DNA of 64,000 nt from a virus: positions 203 to 64,202 of the IMG/VR virus record IMGVR_UViG_2872534562_000004; one strand, 5' to 3'. The notes beneath the pieces were generated by a model. The model saw nothing but the letters and a program-made list of their open reading frames with translations, was not told the DNA's origin and searched no databases. Below are positions 57,401 to 64,000 of the stretch, piece after piece (the stretch's first letter is position 1; each line of letters starts with the position of its first letter). A program made the translations under genes and the position numbers.

Positions 57401-59772
57401 TCGTCTGGACCGACGCTGAGCTGCGCGACATATGGAAGCTCAACGATGCTCAGGTCGCGCTGTACCGCGAGTTCCGCGCCGCCACCGACCGTAGCCTGGA
57501 CACCATGGCCCGCGCCGACATGCTGCGCTTCGGCGGCGAGGATGTGAAGGAACTGCGCGACCAGGTGATGGACGCGGCCGATGCGCAGGAGGGGGCCGCG
57601 ATACTGCGCGACCACCTGGCGCAGATGGCTGATGCATGGCCGGAACGCGCCACGAACCTGCTGAACCTGGCACACGGCATGACGGATCGCGCCGAGAAGG
57701 TCGCCCAGTTGCAGGGCGAGGGCTATGCACCGCTGTCGCGCTTCGGCAAGTACACAGTGGACGTGGTGGGTCAGGACGGTCAGCGTGAATACTTCAGCCT
57801 GTTCGAGACGAAGCGCGAGGCCAACCAAATGGCTGAGCAGATGCGTGGCGCGTTTCCTGGCGCCACCGTGAGCCAGGGCACCCTGTCCGAGGAAGCGTAC
57901 AAGCTATTCGCCGGCATCACACCGGAAACGCTGGAACTGTTCGGCAACGCCCTCGGTTTCGACTCACAGGGCGATAGCGCACGTGATCAGGCTTTCCAAG
58001 ACTACCTGCGCCTGACAAAGACCAACCGCAGCGCAATGCGCCGGCTTATTCACCGAAAGGGCATCGCTGGTTATAGCGAGGACGTAGGGCGGGTACTGGC
58101 CTCGTTCGTATACTCCAATGCGCGGCAAACCGCCGCCGGTCTGCACATGGGCGACCTTTCCGAGGCTGTGAACGGCATCCCGCAGGCGCAGGGCGAACTG
58201 AAGGACGCCGCGGTACGGCTGGCCGACTACATCAAGAACCCGCAAGAGGAGGGGCAGGCGGTGCGCGGACTGCTGTTTGCGCAGTACCTCGGCGGGTCCG
58301 TCGCGTCAGCCTTCGTCAACATGACCCAGCCGGTCCAAGTGACTTTTCCCTGGCTGAGTCAGTATTGCGGGGTGAAGCGCGCTGCGGCGGAACTGGGGCG
58401 GGCAGCACGACAGATGGCGCAGCGCTCCTATCAGTTCGAACCGGACCTGGCCCGGGCATTAAAGCGCGCAGAGGATGATGGGGTGGTGTCCCCGCAGGAG
58501 GTCCACCAGTTGATGGCGCAGGCCCGCGGCAGCGGCTCGCTGCGCGCCGGGGACGGGACGCGCTTGGGTGATGCTCGAGCACTTGCGTCCAACAGCGTGG
58601 CGCGCCTGTCGATGGCCTGGGGCAAGTTGTTCGGCGCCGCAGAGCAGATCAACCGCCGCATGACCTACATCGCGTCGTATCGCATCGCCAAAGCGCAGAA
58701 CATGGCCAATCCTGACGAGTTCGCACGCCGGGCCGTGCGCGAGACGCAGTTCGTATACTCCAAGGCCAGCAAAATGCGCTGGGGGCGTGGTGCCGTCGGC
58801 GGCACCTTGATGACCTTCAAGACGTACAGCGTGGCCTATCTTGAGCTGATGCATCGCTTGTGGAATCAGGGTGAGCCTGGTTCGCAGGAGCGCAAGGACG
58901 GTCGGAAGGCTGCTGCCCTGATGATCGGTATGCTGCTGCTCGTCGGGGGCGCCGGTGGCTTGCCGTTCGCCGAAGACGCCGAAGACCTGATCGACGGTGC
59001 GGCGCAACTCATGGGCTACAACTTTTCTACCGCGAAGGCCAAACAGGAGTTTCTTGAAAGTCTGTTCGGTCGGGTGCTTGCCGACTTCATTGATCGCGGG
59101 GTGTCCGGGCTGCCTGGGGCTCCGCTCGATGTATCGGGCCGGCTGGGTATGGGGAACCTGATACCCGGAACCGGTCTGCTAACTGAAAAGACCAGCCATA
59201 CGCGAGACGTCCTGGAAATAGCTGGCCCGATGGGAGACTTTGCCAGCCGAATAGCGAGTGGTACTCGCAAGGTGCTGGGAGGTGATATCGGCAGCGGTAT
59301 CCTGGAGATGTCGCCGGGCGCGGTGCGAAATGCGGCCAAAGGCGTGGATATGATGGCCACTGGCATGTACAGGGACGCCAAGGGCTACAAGGTGCTCGAC
59401 ACCAACGTGCTCGAGGCCGCTATGAAGTCCATCGGCTTCCAGCCGGCCAGCGTAGCCACTATCCAAGGGGCCAACATGCTCAACCAGAAAGCAAAGGCCT
59501 TCTACAACTTGAAAGCCCAGGAAATTCGCAGTATGTGGGCGGCCGGCATCTTCGAGAAAGACCAGGGCAAGGTTGAGCGCGCGCGGCAAGCAATAGCCGA
59601 TTGGAATCGGCGCAACCCTGACCAGCCAATGGCCATCCGAGTGCCAGACATCATGCGACGAGTCCGCGAAATGTCGCTATCGAAGGACGAACGGATAGCG
59701 AAGACCGCACCGAAAGCGATGCGGCAGCAGATGCGAGAGGATCTGGAGCGCACCCGCGCAACGCTGGACTGA
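48451..59772 (+). CDS. Giant polyvalent internal virion protein (ParB-like, N6-adenine MTase, zincin-like, PLxRFG domains)
   Basis: LKPTQ...DGHHQW; VLEPSAGMG...MNPPF; TGW...DGKWRFEISD; HELQH; HEMVH; YAPLSRFG. Confidence 0.9.
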   Translation: MADTSKPWEEFASQQPVTGGEKPWEEFGGETKEEGRGLIGHARDLGLSVAKGVIGVPEAAVGLADIPTEGRVGKFLENQDGMLGFRPREAKDFLSDLHTDQYKQQQQDFQDADGVVDKTLHAVQNPSMVVNTVAESLPSMLAGGAVGRGVRALAPALAPVAAGAAGEGAVMAGQQAEQIRQETDDGLLTPAQSGAAVATGVLGSLFSLAGGSLAKKLGIGDADTLLAGGANPGQLVSELASMPAKSIPRKVIEGAISEGFLEELPQSASEQVLQNLALGRDWASGLDEAMVMGTLAGMAMGGPAAVLHGGQPAASRGLADADATFESTPGLEGQTETTAPLALPAPVYEAGSDGQVRTTVDQNSATQAQRQQEAERLDRIRRGEVTDVTPVPAAPKRSEQMGLDPAAGPLSGAAAQAVDSGATDQMVQQAALQQAAEEAQKSGRKGDQVNPETGEITAEQGDLLASDPVTDLQGRLEFVRRQARATGWDAKKIAERDRLQEELDKLAPPPDAGYMQRVGERVKRIEAAQSPDEIAAILAEDQQDEQRHQNAAGRVELAARARGFALDQAAQQQAPTPIGVQDDIQQAQGKADTQQAQAAQPVASPAPAAESVPAASAPAIEAAKPSNLKDAIAKVRQDKAQAPKAEPVQQTAAPAADQARYADLAQQFNAMVPQLKAAREGGNTSEVERLTNAMRPLDTEMRQLQARETKRTLDLGQQASKAKLEQELSGEAIGTRRRPSEHAPEKGLYWEKTGTNEWTGRGAWFQKGKTRTDADMAQFGGTLVMPSEQAAQKAPSIEGKDIGEGWAEFSKESGTAGIPRADMPQIKAEHRGAMVNFLSARGVQHQEETVPADTLKPTQAEFSRDKVAKAKGFEGGNRSILVSRDGHVLDGHHQWMAARDNGEEVKVIRLDAPIRDLVKLAHEFPSSTTDASSGQGATVEAKQVRPKPEPAAPDVPKKKPRGVLAKRLQAEAQARAEYFTPGNVVRGYGANYDRVISYNPTESGSWTVTVRSVRKEGDTWVDVPGESERTHMTAPDARDMKRGPAGRIATQGAPTADEFPLKEAAASYSGISNSSSQRAKSDADEFQTYIDVARDAGAVVARTDAQQAAVEQATRELRADYLAQYRRLMNVRAGTYSGYVVGRSGLNSKQADRRNSAYDRAIDTFVAWQKSNQDRVRQAALDARTDEEKAADRQAAEQARADKAQRKEDGDRSLMRRILSWKKGSEPVAITKTAHLAGVNFGKDGYPTSIKLTPTDGSVLTSDKFDLATLFRERGMSVPESKRRVRELVDFVRAEDAARPQSEPAEAPKPDPAQPSDSKTPTLDEHVALMQRARSGEATADEFRQAFERTQNARDALVAELGTMKKDELLKSGGYSFFHRYRNEKKAAIVDALAGRVLEEFALGRSYGPSSYVMSAAGLEAHRQAKASALAELVANTTDDDIKAHAAEVAEAQQEIQARRAAQQKAVANPQTLAEFRQAVSYNMETHGESLREAFMRLTPEQRIRYDELEAESTKALREQAKAQAKTRVASAGQTTAGDIIETKHTKHGHDLFVVQLAERVSREDYDTLNNSAKRLGGSYSSYRGNGAVPGFQFRTREAAEAFRKLVTGDTADAQAVAEARRDAFEDDRSQGAAERLRTMAQALNERADEALNRERKQNTERRARMAARAEASARSDKALAATMNNLADAIEGGKAKFLDTVRQKVQVEFLARELRNAKDAQIRAKYPTYGEQEKHRGEPVDAETVDYSTFPSYTAMRSDLASLARQMADVDGLKKLAARLEKVADDVTEAYTDWAKQNLLSVSRFTRGDQFADFKSREDAERAIRRSGLTGKAIVLPVKRGQNRIVMAPSEAMKLGLWQGDGDKRITLSGEFGGELVQALGRRSGSKITVPWALESAHEKRKRLESMGILTGSEYRSALREFVALREAPAEPDKIREMERSMIGRRNDGLDFFPTSAAVTEEAVDAADIQEGMDVLEPSAGMGHMADAIREQTGVEPDVVELSSERRELLEAKGYNLVGSDFMEVSGKQYDRIVMNPPFSKGRDIQHVQHAYSLLKPGGRLVAIMGEGAFFQSNKAAENFRAWLDGLGATSERLPEGSFMDPALPVNTGVNARMVVIDKPAAEESAAPQPGEQPPVQYSFAGRNAVGANLHALSTAQQRIAIGENAEAVRRDTGWHRSADGKWRFEISDHQASIAVAGETAGAIINMAHLNAINDERSRPTVGDVLNHPQLFAAYPDLQRIPVAVMPEGITALARLRRFATGNQVEVQANMPRTEVASAILHELQHAIQIREGFAMGGSARAFVSNFDKTGAATYRRLAGEVEARNTQARLKMTPRLRRDIAPDESADIPASQVLVSFNGRDIENGPLPQNLTGRPPMTSQSLVRAFDLQFPALGQAVRKMLKRGKEGQRGGLVVIDSADPLRIAHTYARKSGTALSDAVQLFEDGGRINGFYDARSGLTFLVGPNLNPVTAPAVVLHEMVHGQQRQNLDQAAHAMLMNRGNVRSAELRTFLDRVASRMIEAGESRNMKEAAPYIVEQAVIEGREQGFAEADSRFLSWVDSALGKQVGDFLRRFLANIRQWMLRHGLPVGRISVDDLVRYAMAGVESAAEGRVRGDGLAMSQDDMRKARVLQGPPVAILEGNEAPQGFAAVREWAAKLFESQGGKAVNPDLGDVVLDMRAVRDSMAHGKANPYKFSAFAAVKDVLERGVVVHRADYEKGESFYVSAPVVIDDKDDIVTVLVRRDPNMQRMYLHSVATKEYLLNRRVSGADAMMAAQPSGSSSSGDVASVLQRLLTASLNEPEGPQFSRSGLRELTSKATAELNKTFSAPGGLSWWHKTIGTMYNLAERSPAFKPVFESAQGFIDDVSYYASDAADLAPKLLPKLETWRDIAKSPVGAEDNKAVAKPVFEGTLMWARDVDGKPVRVDSLAERAMRLTADEKADILLKQGKIPEGLLRAWRGLSPEQFAKMIDSRYEAQMLKAGIVWTDAELRDIWKLNDAQVALYREFRAATDRSLDTMARADMLRFGGEDVKELRDQVMDAADAQEGAAILRDHLAQMADAWPERATNLLNLAHGMTDRAEKVAQLQGEGYAPLSRFGKYTVDVVGQDGQREYFSLFETKREANQMAEQMRGAFPGATVSQGTLSEEAYKLFAGITPETLELFGNALGFDSQGDSARDQAFQDYLRLTKTNRSAMRRLIHRKGIAGYSEDVGRVLASFVYSNARQTAAGLHMGDLSEAVNGIPQAQGELKDAAVRLADYIKNPQEEGQAVRGLLFAQYLGGSVASAFVNMTQPVQVTFPWLSQYCGVKRAAAELGRAARQMAQRSYQFEPDLARALKRAEDDGVVSPQEVHQLMAQARGSGSLRAGDGTRLGDARALASNSVARLSMAWGKLFGAAEQINRRMTYIASYRIAKAQNMANPDEFARRAVRETQFVYSKASKMRWGRGAVGGTLMTFKTYSVAYLELMHRLWNQGEPGSQERKDGRKAAALMIGMLLLVGGAGGLPFAEDAEDLIDGAAQLMGYNFSTAKAKQEFLESLFGRVLADFIDRGVSGLPGAPLDVSGRLGMGNLIPGTGLLTEKTSHTRDVLEIAGPMGDFASRIASGTRKVLGGDIGSGILEMSPGAVRNAAKGVDMMATGMYRDAKGYKVLDTNVLEAAMKSIGFQPASVATIQGANMLNQKAKAFYNLKAQEIRSMWAAGIFEKDQGKVERARQAIADWNRRNPDQPMAIRVPDIMRRVREMSLSKDERIAKTAPKAMRQQMREDLERTRATLD

Positions 59773-59866
59773 ACCCCCTGTAAGGATTTGCCGTTCTCTG
59801 GCTGTACCGAAAACTACCTGCCCAAGAAGCCGGGGCGTGATGCCCCGGCCTTTGGAGGATGGAGTT

Positions 59867-60124
59867 ATGTCGGAGAGGGCCGGAATGGCGGTAGAGGTGG
59901 TGGGCGTTTCGGTGGCCAACAAGACCACGCTGGCTGGCGCCCTTGCGGGCGCGTTGGGCTGGCTTGCGCAGATCAACTGGGTGGGGCTGATCGGCGTGCT
60001 GGTCGCCGTCATCGGTCTGCTGGCCAATATCTATTTCCAGGTTCGCCGCGACCGCCGCGAATCAGCCGAGAGCGCTGCCCGCATCGAGGCCATCCGGGGG
60101 CGTTGCGATGTCGAACAGCCGTAA
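59867..60124 (+). CDS. Holin
   Basis: Hydrophobic helices and basic C-terminus; precedes endolysin. Confidence 0.85.
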   Translation: MSERAGMAVEVVGVSVANKTTLAGALAGALGWLAQINWVGLIGVLVAVIGLLANIYFQVRRDRRESAESAARIEAIRGRCDVEQP

Positions 60125-60641
60125 CCGCGTGCTGGTTGCCGCGCTGACCGTCAGCCTGGCCGGCTTCGGCGCTTGGATGAAGTCGGAGGATTTCAGCGCG
60201 AAACCATACGTGCCGACCAAGGGGGACATTCCGACCATCGGTTACGGCTCCACCCGCTACGAGAATGGCCAATCGGTGAAGCTGACCGATCCGCCGATCA
60301 CCCGCCAGCGCGGCGAACAACTGGCGCGCAGCCTGATGGCGAAGGACGAACAGCAGTTCCGCGACTCGCTGCCCGGCGTGAAGCTGTTCCAGGAAGAGTA
60401 TGACCTGTACCTGGATTTCACGGGCCAGTTCGGCATCACCAACTGGCGCGGTAGCTCGATGCGCCGCGACTTGCTCGCCGGCAACTACCGGCAGGCGTGC
60501 GACGACCTGCTGAAGTGGCGCAACCAGGCAGGCCGAGACTGCTCTCTGCCGAAGAACTGGGGGCCGAAGGGCTGCAAAGGTGTGTGGACCAGACAGCAGG
60601 AGCGGCATGCGCAATGCATCGCCGTGCAGGTGCCGCAATGA
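60108..60641 (+). CDS. GH24 lysozyme, SAR-type endolysin
   Basis: N-terminal weakly hydrophobic anchor; SED...PY...GDIPTIGYGST; C.GVWTRQ.ER...C. Confidence 0.9.
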   Translation: MSNSRNRVLVAALTVSLAGFGAWMKSEDFSAKPYVPTKGDIPTIGYGSTRYENGQSVKLTDPPITRQRGEQLARSLMAKDEQQFRDSLPGVKLFQEEYDLYLDFTGQFGITNWRGSSMRRDLLAGNYRQACDDLLKWRNQAGRDCSLPKNWGPKGCKGVWTRQQERHAQCIAVQVPQ

Positions 60642-61156
60642 CCGCCCGCGAGTTGGGCGCCGTTCTGGCTGCGATAGCGCTGGCTGGCCTGGTGGCCAGC
60701 ACGCTGACCTATCGGCACCTGTACCAGGGCGCCACCGCCAACCTGAAGTCGCTGAGCGACCAGGTGGAGCGGCAGAACGCCAAGGCTGAGGCCAAGCTGG
60801 CCGAGCTGACCGCGCAGCGCGACATGAAACAGGCAGCGCTCAATAAGGCCGCTGCCGACCAAGAGAGGAAGGACAACGATGCTCAGGCTGAAATCGCTCG
60901 CCTTGCTGGTGAGCTGCGCGACCGCCCTGTGCGCGTGCGCATCGCCCCCGCCGCAGGTGGGGGCTGTAGTGGTGGCGCCACAGGTGACGCAGCCGGCACC
61001 GCCGAAGCTGGTGCAGGAGACGCCGCCTCGGCCTACGGGCTACTACCGGAAGAAAATTCTCGACGCTTTAACGACTCCCTGAGCGAAGTCGAGACCCTGA
61101 GCGCGGCCTACAATTCGTGTCGCGCCCGGTTGATTCCCCAAGAACCGACCCCGTAG
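60638..61156 (+). CDS. rz: Inner-membrane spanin (Rz)
   Basis: N-terminal TM helix and coiled coil; follows endolysin. Confidence 0.85.
   Translation: MTARELGAVLAAIALAGLVASTLTYRHLYQGATANLKSLSDQVERQNAKAEAKLAELTAQRDMKQAALNKAAADQERKDNDAQAEIARLAGELRDRPVRVRIAPAAGGGCSGGATGDAAGTAEAGAGDAASAYGLLPEENSRRFNDSLSEVETLSAAYNSCRARLIPQEPTP
60879..61082 (+). CDS. rz1: Outer-membrane spanin (Rz1), embedded in Rz
   Basis: Lipobox LCAC; Pro-rich; alternative frame inside Rz. Confidence 0.85.
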   Translation: MLRLKSLALLVSCATALCACASPPPQVGAVVVAPQVTQPAPPKLVQETPPRPTGYYRKKILDALTTP

Positions 61157-61166
61157 GGAGGAAACC

Positions 61167-61760
61167 ATGGCCTACACCGCATATCGGGTGCTCAAGGCAC
61201 CTATCGACCAGATCGAGCGCTTCATGACCGAGGCCATCGCCGATGGCTGGCAGCCGCTCGGTGCGCCTATCCTGCTTTACCCCGATGACAAGGCCGTCTA
61301 CCAGGCTTTGGTCAAGGGCACGCCGGATGGTGGTGGCACCGGCCCTGTCACCATCGTGGTGGAGGACATCACTGACGCTTCTGTCATCGGCAAATCTCTG
61401 CTGACGGCCGTCAACGAGGAAGACGGGCGTGCAGCAATCGGGGCCGGCACTTCTAATCTGCAGTTGGGCACTACCGCAACCACCGCCAAAGCGGGAAACT
61501 ATGCGCCTGCCTGGGGGGATGTGACAGGGAAACCGGCTGTTATTGCGGCTGGTGCTGATGCCGCAACAGCAAGGGAGGCTATTGGCGCGGGAACATCCAG
61601 CCTTGCGATCGGTACAACCGCTACTACCGCAGCGGCTGGCAACCACAACCATGCAATCGCCGAAGACGCTGGTAGTGGTCTGGCGGCAGCACCGAATCTG
61701 CAAACTGCATTTATAGCGCTTTCCACCCGAATCAAGGCGCTGGAATCCGCAGCGCCATAA
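61167..61760 (+). CDS. Head-fibre-like protein
   Basis: GWQPLGAP N-domain; two AIGAGTS.L..GTTATTA.AGN repeats. Confidence 0.7.
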   Translation: MAYTAYRVLKAPIDQIERFMTEAIADGWQPLGAPILLYPDDKAVYQALVKGTPDGGGTGPVTIVVEDITDASVIGKSLLTAVNEEDGRAAIGAGTSNLQLGTTATTAKAGNYAPAWGDVTGKPAVIAAGADAATAREAIGAGTSSLAIGTTATTAAAGNHNHAIAEDAGSGLAAAPNLQTAFIALSTRIKALESAAP

Positions 61761-61835
61761 GGTGTCGTCACAGCGCTGCATGGCTGATGCTGGTACGCTT
61801 GATACGTACGGAGCTTCAACCAAAGGAAGTTGGTC

Positions 61836-62465
61836 ATGCAGCACCTCAAGGGTTTCTATCGAGCAACGGCCTCACTTGCCGTGCTCGCTTTGCTGTCTTT
61901 CCCTTCAGCCTCGGCAGCTCAGGTATACCGATGCGTCGATGCCGCTGGAAAGGTCACATTTTCGGATCAAGGTTGCGCGGGCGGTCACTCGTCCTCGGCC
62001 ATTGATGTCGCCCCCGCGAACACCCTCGACAGCTCGCAGTACCGAAGTCCGTTGCCTCAACCTGAGGTGCCATATCGCGTTGCGCCTTCGGCGCGGTCTG
62101 GCGTTCAAGTCAACGTCGTCGGGGGCGACAACGATGCAGAACGTGAGCGGAAAAGGCTTTGCAAAGAGGCCTCGACGCCCTATCCCGGATCTCGTGGAGG
62201 GCTGACCTCTGCTCAGCTTGCCGCCGCCGCGCAGTTGTGCGCGGGTGTTTCAGTTCCTATGCCTGCTACACCCGCGCCGGCCGGTGGCAGTGCAAGGCGA
62301 GCACCGACGGCACCTGGAGCACCAGGCGTCCTTACCAGTTGTGATGACAGTGGGTGCTGGGACAGCAACGGGGCTAGGTACAACCGAGGCGCTGGAAATA
62401 CTCACTTCCCGGCGAATGGTGGGCCAGCGTGTGAGCTTGTTGGCGGGAACATGGTGTGCCCCTGA
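61836..62465 (+). CDS. Exported DUF4124 protein
   Basis: Signal peptide; AQVYRCVDAAGKVTFSDQGC. Confidence 0.85.
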   Translation: MQHLKGFYRATASLAVLALLSFPSASAAQVYRCVDAAGKVTFSDQGCAGGHSSSAIDVAPANTLDSSQYRSPLPQPEVPYRVAPSARSGVQVNVVGGDNDAERERKRLCKEASTPYPGSRGGLTSAQLAAAAQLCAGVSVPMPATPAPAGGSARRAPTAPGAPGVLTSCDDSGCWDSNGARYNRGAGNTHFPANGGPACELVGGNMVCP

Positions 62466-62502
62466 AGTTGTAGACTACGGCCTTTTCCTACGGAGCTCGG
62501 TG

Positions 62503-62769
62503 ATGCTGGTGATTCGGTTGGCGGGGAAGTGGACGCTGAAGCTCGACAGGCAGATAGGCAGTTCCGGCAAACACGGGATATGGGCATTCCACTGCTCTGA
62601 AAGCACGTTCGCGCCGTCTTCAAACGACCTGCGGCGCACTGCGGCGATCCTGCCGGCCGAACCCAAGGAAGGCCAGACGGTGGAGGTATCCATCTGCGAC
62701 ACCGCGCACTCGCCGGATGGATGGATCGCTGTTGGCGCAGGCGTCGCCGCTTACGAAGCGGAGCGCTGA
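62503..62769 (+). CDS. Hypothetical protein (88 aa)
   Basis: SD GGAG; MLVIRLAGKWTLKLDRQIG. Confidence 0.7.
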   Translation: MLVIRLAGKWTLKLDRQIGSSGKHGIWAFHCSESTFAPSSNDLRRTAAILPAEPKEGQTVEVSICDTAHSPDGWIAVGAGVAAYEAER

Positions 62770-62814
62770 TATACAACCCAATGTTAAGCGTACAGTGGGG
62801 TTGCTGGAGAAGGG

Positions 62815-62844
62815 AAGGGAATGGCCGCATGGCCATTCCCTTTT
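62815..62844. terminator. Bidirectional terminator
   Basis: AAGGGAATGGCC-gcat-GGCCATTCCCTT between convergent genes. Confidence 0.8.
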
Positions 62845-62856
62845 GGGGCTACTACA

Positions 62857-62967
62857 TCAGCTGATGTAGATTTTGAAGGGCTTGCCCACCGCGCGCTGGA
62901 TCTGGCCGTTTTTCAAGCGGCGTGTCCAGCGGAGGATGAAGGTGCCCCGTTCGTCGGTGTAGGTCAT
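62857..62967 (-). CDS. Unannotated 36-aa basic peptide
   Basis: MTYTDERGTFILRWTRRLKNGQIQRAVGKPFKIYIS; SD AAGGAG 7 nt before ATG; followed by terminator. Confidence 0.75.
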   Translation of the reverse strand: MTYTDERGTFILRWTRRLKNGQIQRAVGKPFKIYIS

Positions 62968-63043
62968 GACCTATCTCCTTTCGAGGGGTTGCCACCACTT
63001 GCCTTTTCTGGACAAACCGCAAAGATGTGTATAGACTTGGCTC

Positions 63044-63172
63044 TTGCGTAGGGAGCCTCCGCTATCATACTTCCTTGCGATTTGCAAGAAGCGGGTGGAG
63101 TACTTCTTTGGTTGGGTTGCCAACCACCAGGTTCTGACTGCTTACGCCGCAAACGTAAGTGGTCAGAACTTG
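63044..63172 (+). ncRNA. Putative antisense sRNA
   Basis: TGGACA-N17-TAGACT at 63009-63037; 19-bp terminal stem 63128-63172 that pairs fully only on + strand. Confidence 0.45.
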
Positions 63173-63645
63173 AATTCCATCTGACCGTCAAACCTTGGCA
63201 GGTTGAGGTGCTCGATCACCGAGTCCGCAAAAAGATCGGCCTGCCACTCCGAATCGAACTCCTTTTTACTCGGGCCCTCCGAGAAATGAAGCATTGGTTT
63301 GTGGCACAGGATGATGTGCCCCAATTCATGTAGGAAGATTCGGATGGCTTCTGGCTTCCCGCGGCACAGCTCGTTGTAGAGCTTTAGGGGCATATAGATC
63401 ATTCCCGTCTGCGGATTGACCGTTGCTCTCGTGGCGTCGAGCCATTCCTCATCTTCAATTGGGTCAACGTAGATCCTGTAGTGCTCGAGCGTGGCGACCA
63501 AGCTTTCCACAGCTCCAGGTCGGAATGACCTCCGGCTCAGACGGAGCACATCGCAAACTTTTTGCGCAATGGCTCCGATCTGAACTGAGGAGAATTCGGG
63601 AACCCTGTGGCCCCTCATCCGGTATGGCAATTCCTCAACGGTCAT
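63163..63645 (-). CDS. ImmA/IrrE-family zinc metallopeptidase
   Basis: RIFLHELGHIILCH, SEWQADLFA. Confidence 0.9.
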   Translation of the reverse strand: MTVEELPYRMRGHRVPEFSSVQIGAIAQKVCDVLRLSRRSFRPGAVESLVATLEHYRIYVDPIEDEEWLDATRATVNPQTGMIYMPLKLYNELCRGKPEAIRIFLHELGHIILCHKPMLHFSEGPSKKEFDSEWQADLFADSVIEHLNLPRFDGQMEFKF

Positions 63646-64000
63646 CTTTGGGTTTCTCCTCGTAGATTTCGGCGAGCAATTTGCCGAAGTTGGCGAGTTG
63701 TTCTTGGGTGAGGTCGGAGTTGGCGAAGCCTGCGATTAGCATTTTGTGATGTTGAGGCAGGCCCTCTAGAGAAACGCTTTCGTTGTCTTCGCACGCGAGC
63801 GCTTTGAGGTCTCTGGTTTTGACTGAAATTCCCTTGACGGCAAAATATTCAGAGATTTTTTCCACCCACTCCATTGGAATCTTGCTTCGACCAGTCTCCA
63901 TGGCACTTAGAAATGCAGGCGAGGTGCTGAGCGAGGCAGCCATTGTGCTGAGCGTCAGCCCCAATTGGCGCCGATACTCTCGGACGGCGATACCAAATTT
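63635..64000 (-). CDS. XRE-family HTH regulator, 5'-truncated by window
   Basis: KFGIAVREYRRQLGLTLSTMAASLSTSPAFLSAMETGRSKIP. Confidence 0.9.
   Translation of the reverse strand, partial: KFGIAVREYRRQLGLTLSTMAASLSTSPAFLSAMETGRSKIPMEWVEKISEYFAVKGISVKTRDLKALACEDNESVSLEGLPQHHKMLIAGFANSDLTQEQLANFGKLLAEIYEEKPKDDR

Larger units (their letters stand above)
1..64000. mobile_element. F116-like temperate podovirus prophage (both ends probably just outside the window)
   Basis: Integrase-early-immunity-replication-packaging-head-tail-ejection-lysis gene order; no tape measure or sheath gene; no host housekeeping genes. Confidence 0.92.

Noticed and set aside
62770..63160. attR or a tRNA remnant
   Set aside because: No cloverleaf, and attL lies outside the window so no core repeat can be matched; region is better explained by the peptide cassette

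Overview
The window is almost entirely one temperate, podovirus-type prophage. Its gene order and protein motifs match Pseudomonas aeruginosa F116-like phages; this assignment is from recall and motifs, with no database search. The left end holds a tyrosine integrase (5' end outside the window) and a PrtN-family excisionase. A long leftward early operon follows: Dam methylase, LexA-type HTH, RdgC-FtsK-gamma, SSB, exonuclease, Rad52-like annealase and a CsrA fusion, interrupted by antisense low-GC morons and decayed genes. Then come a lambda-like cI/cro switch with visible operators and an SOS box, replication genes with iterons, NinB/NinG, terminase, portal, scaffold, capsid, tail and ejection proteins, a ~3770-aa polyvalent protein, holin/SAR endolysin/spanins and right-end morons. 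No att site, tRNA or CRISPR array was seen. The most unusual observations are four. (1) A right-end XRE-HTH + ImmA/IrrE peptidase + unannotated 36-aa peptide cassette has an apparent antisense RNA complementary to the peptide's ribosome-binding region. (2) An exported moron protein ends in KPWEEY, copying the two KPWEEF repeats that start the giant ejection protein, which suggests superinfection exclusion by mimicry. (3) A divergent CsrA-fold gene in the structural operon co-occurs with four GC-AGGA-GU hairpins whose outer stems co-vary. (4) A CCCCCTGTA(A/G)GG box precedes four late units.
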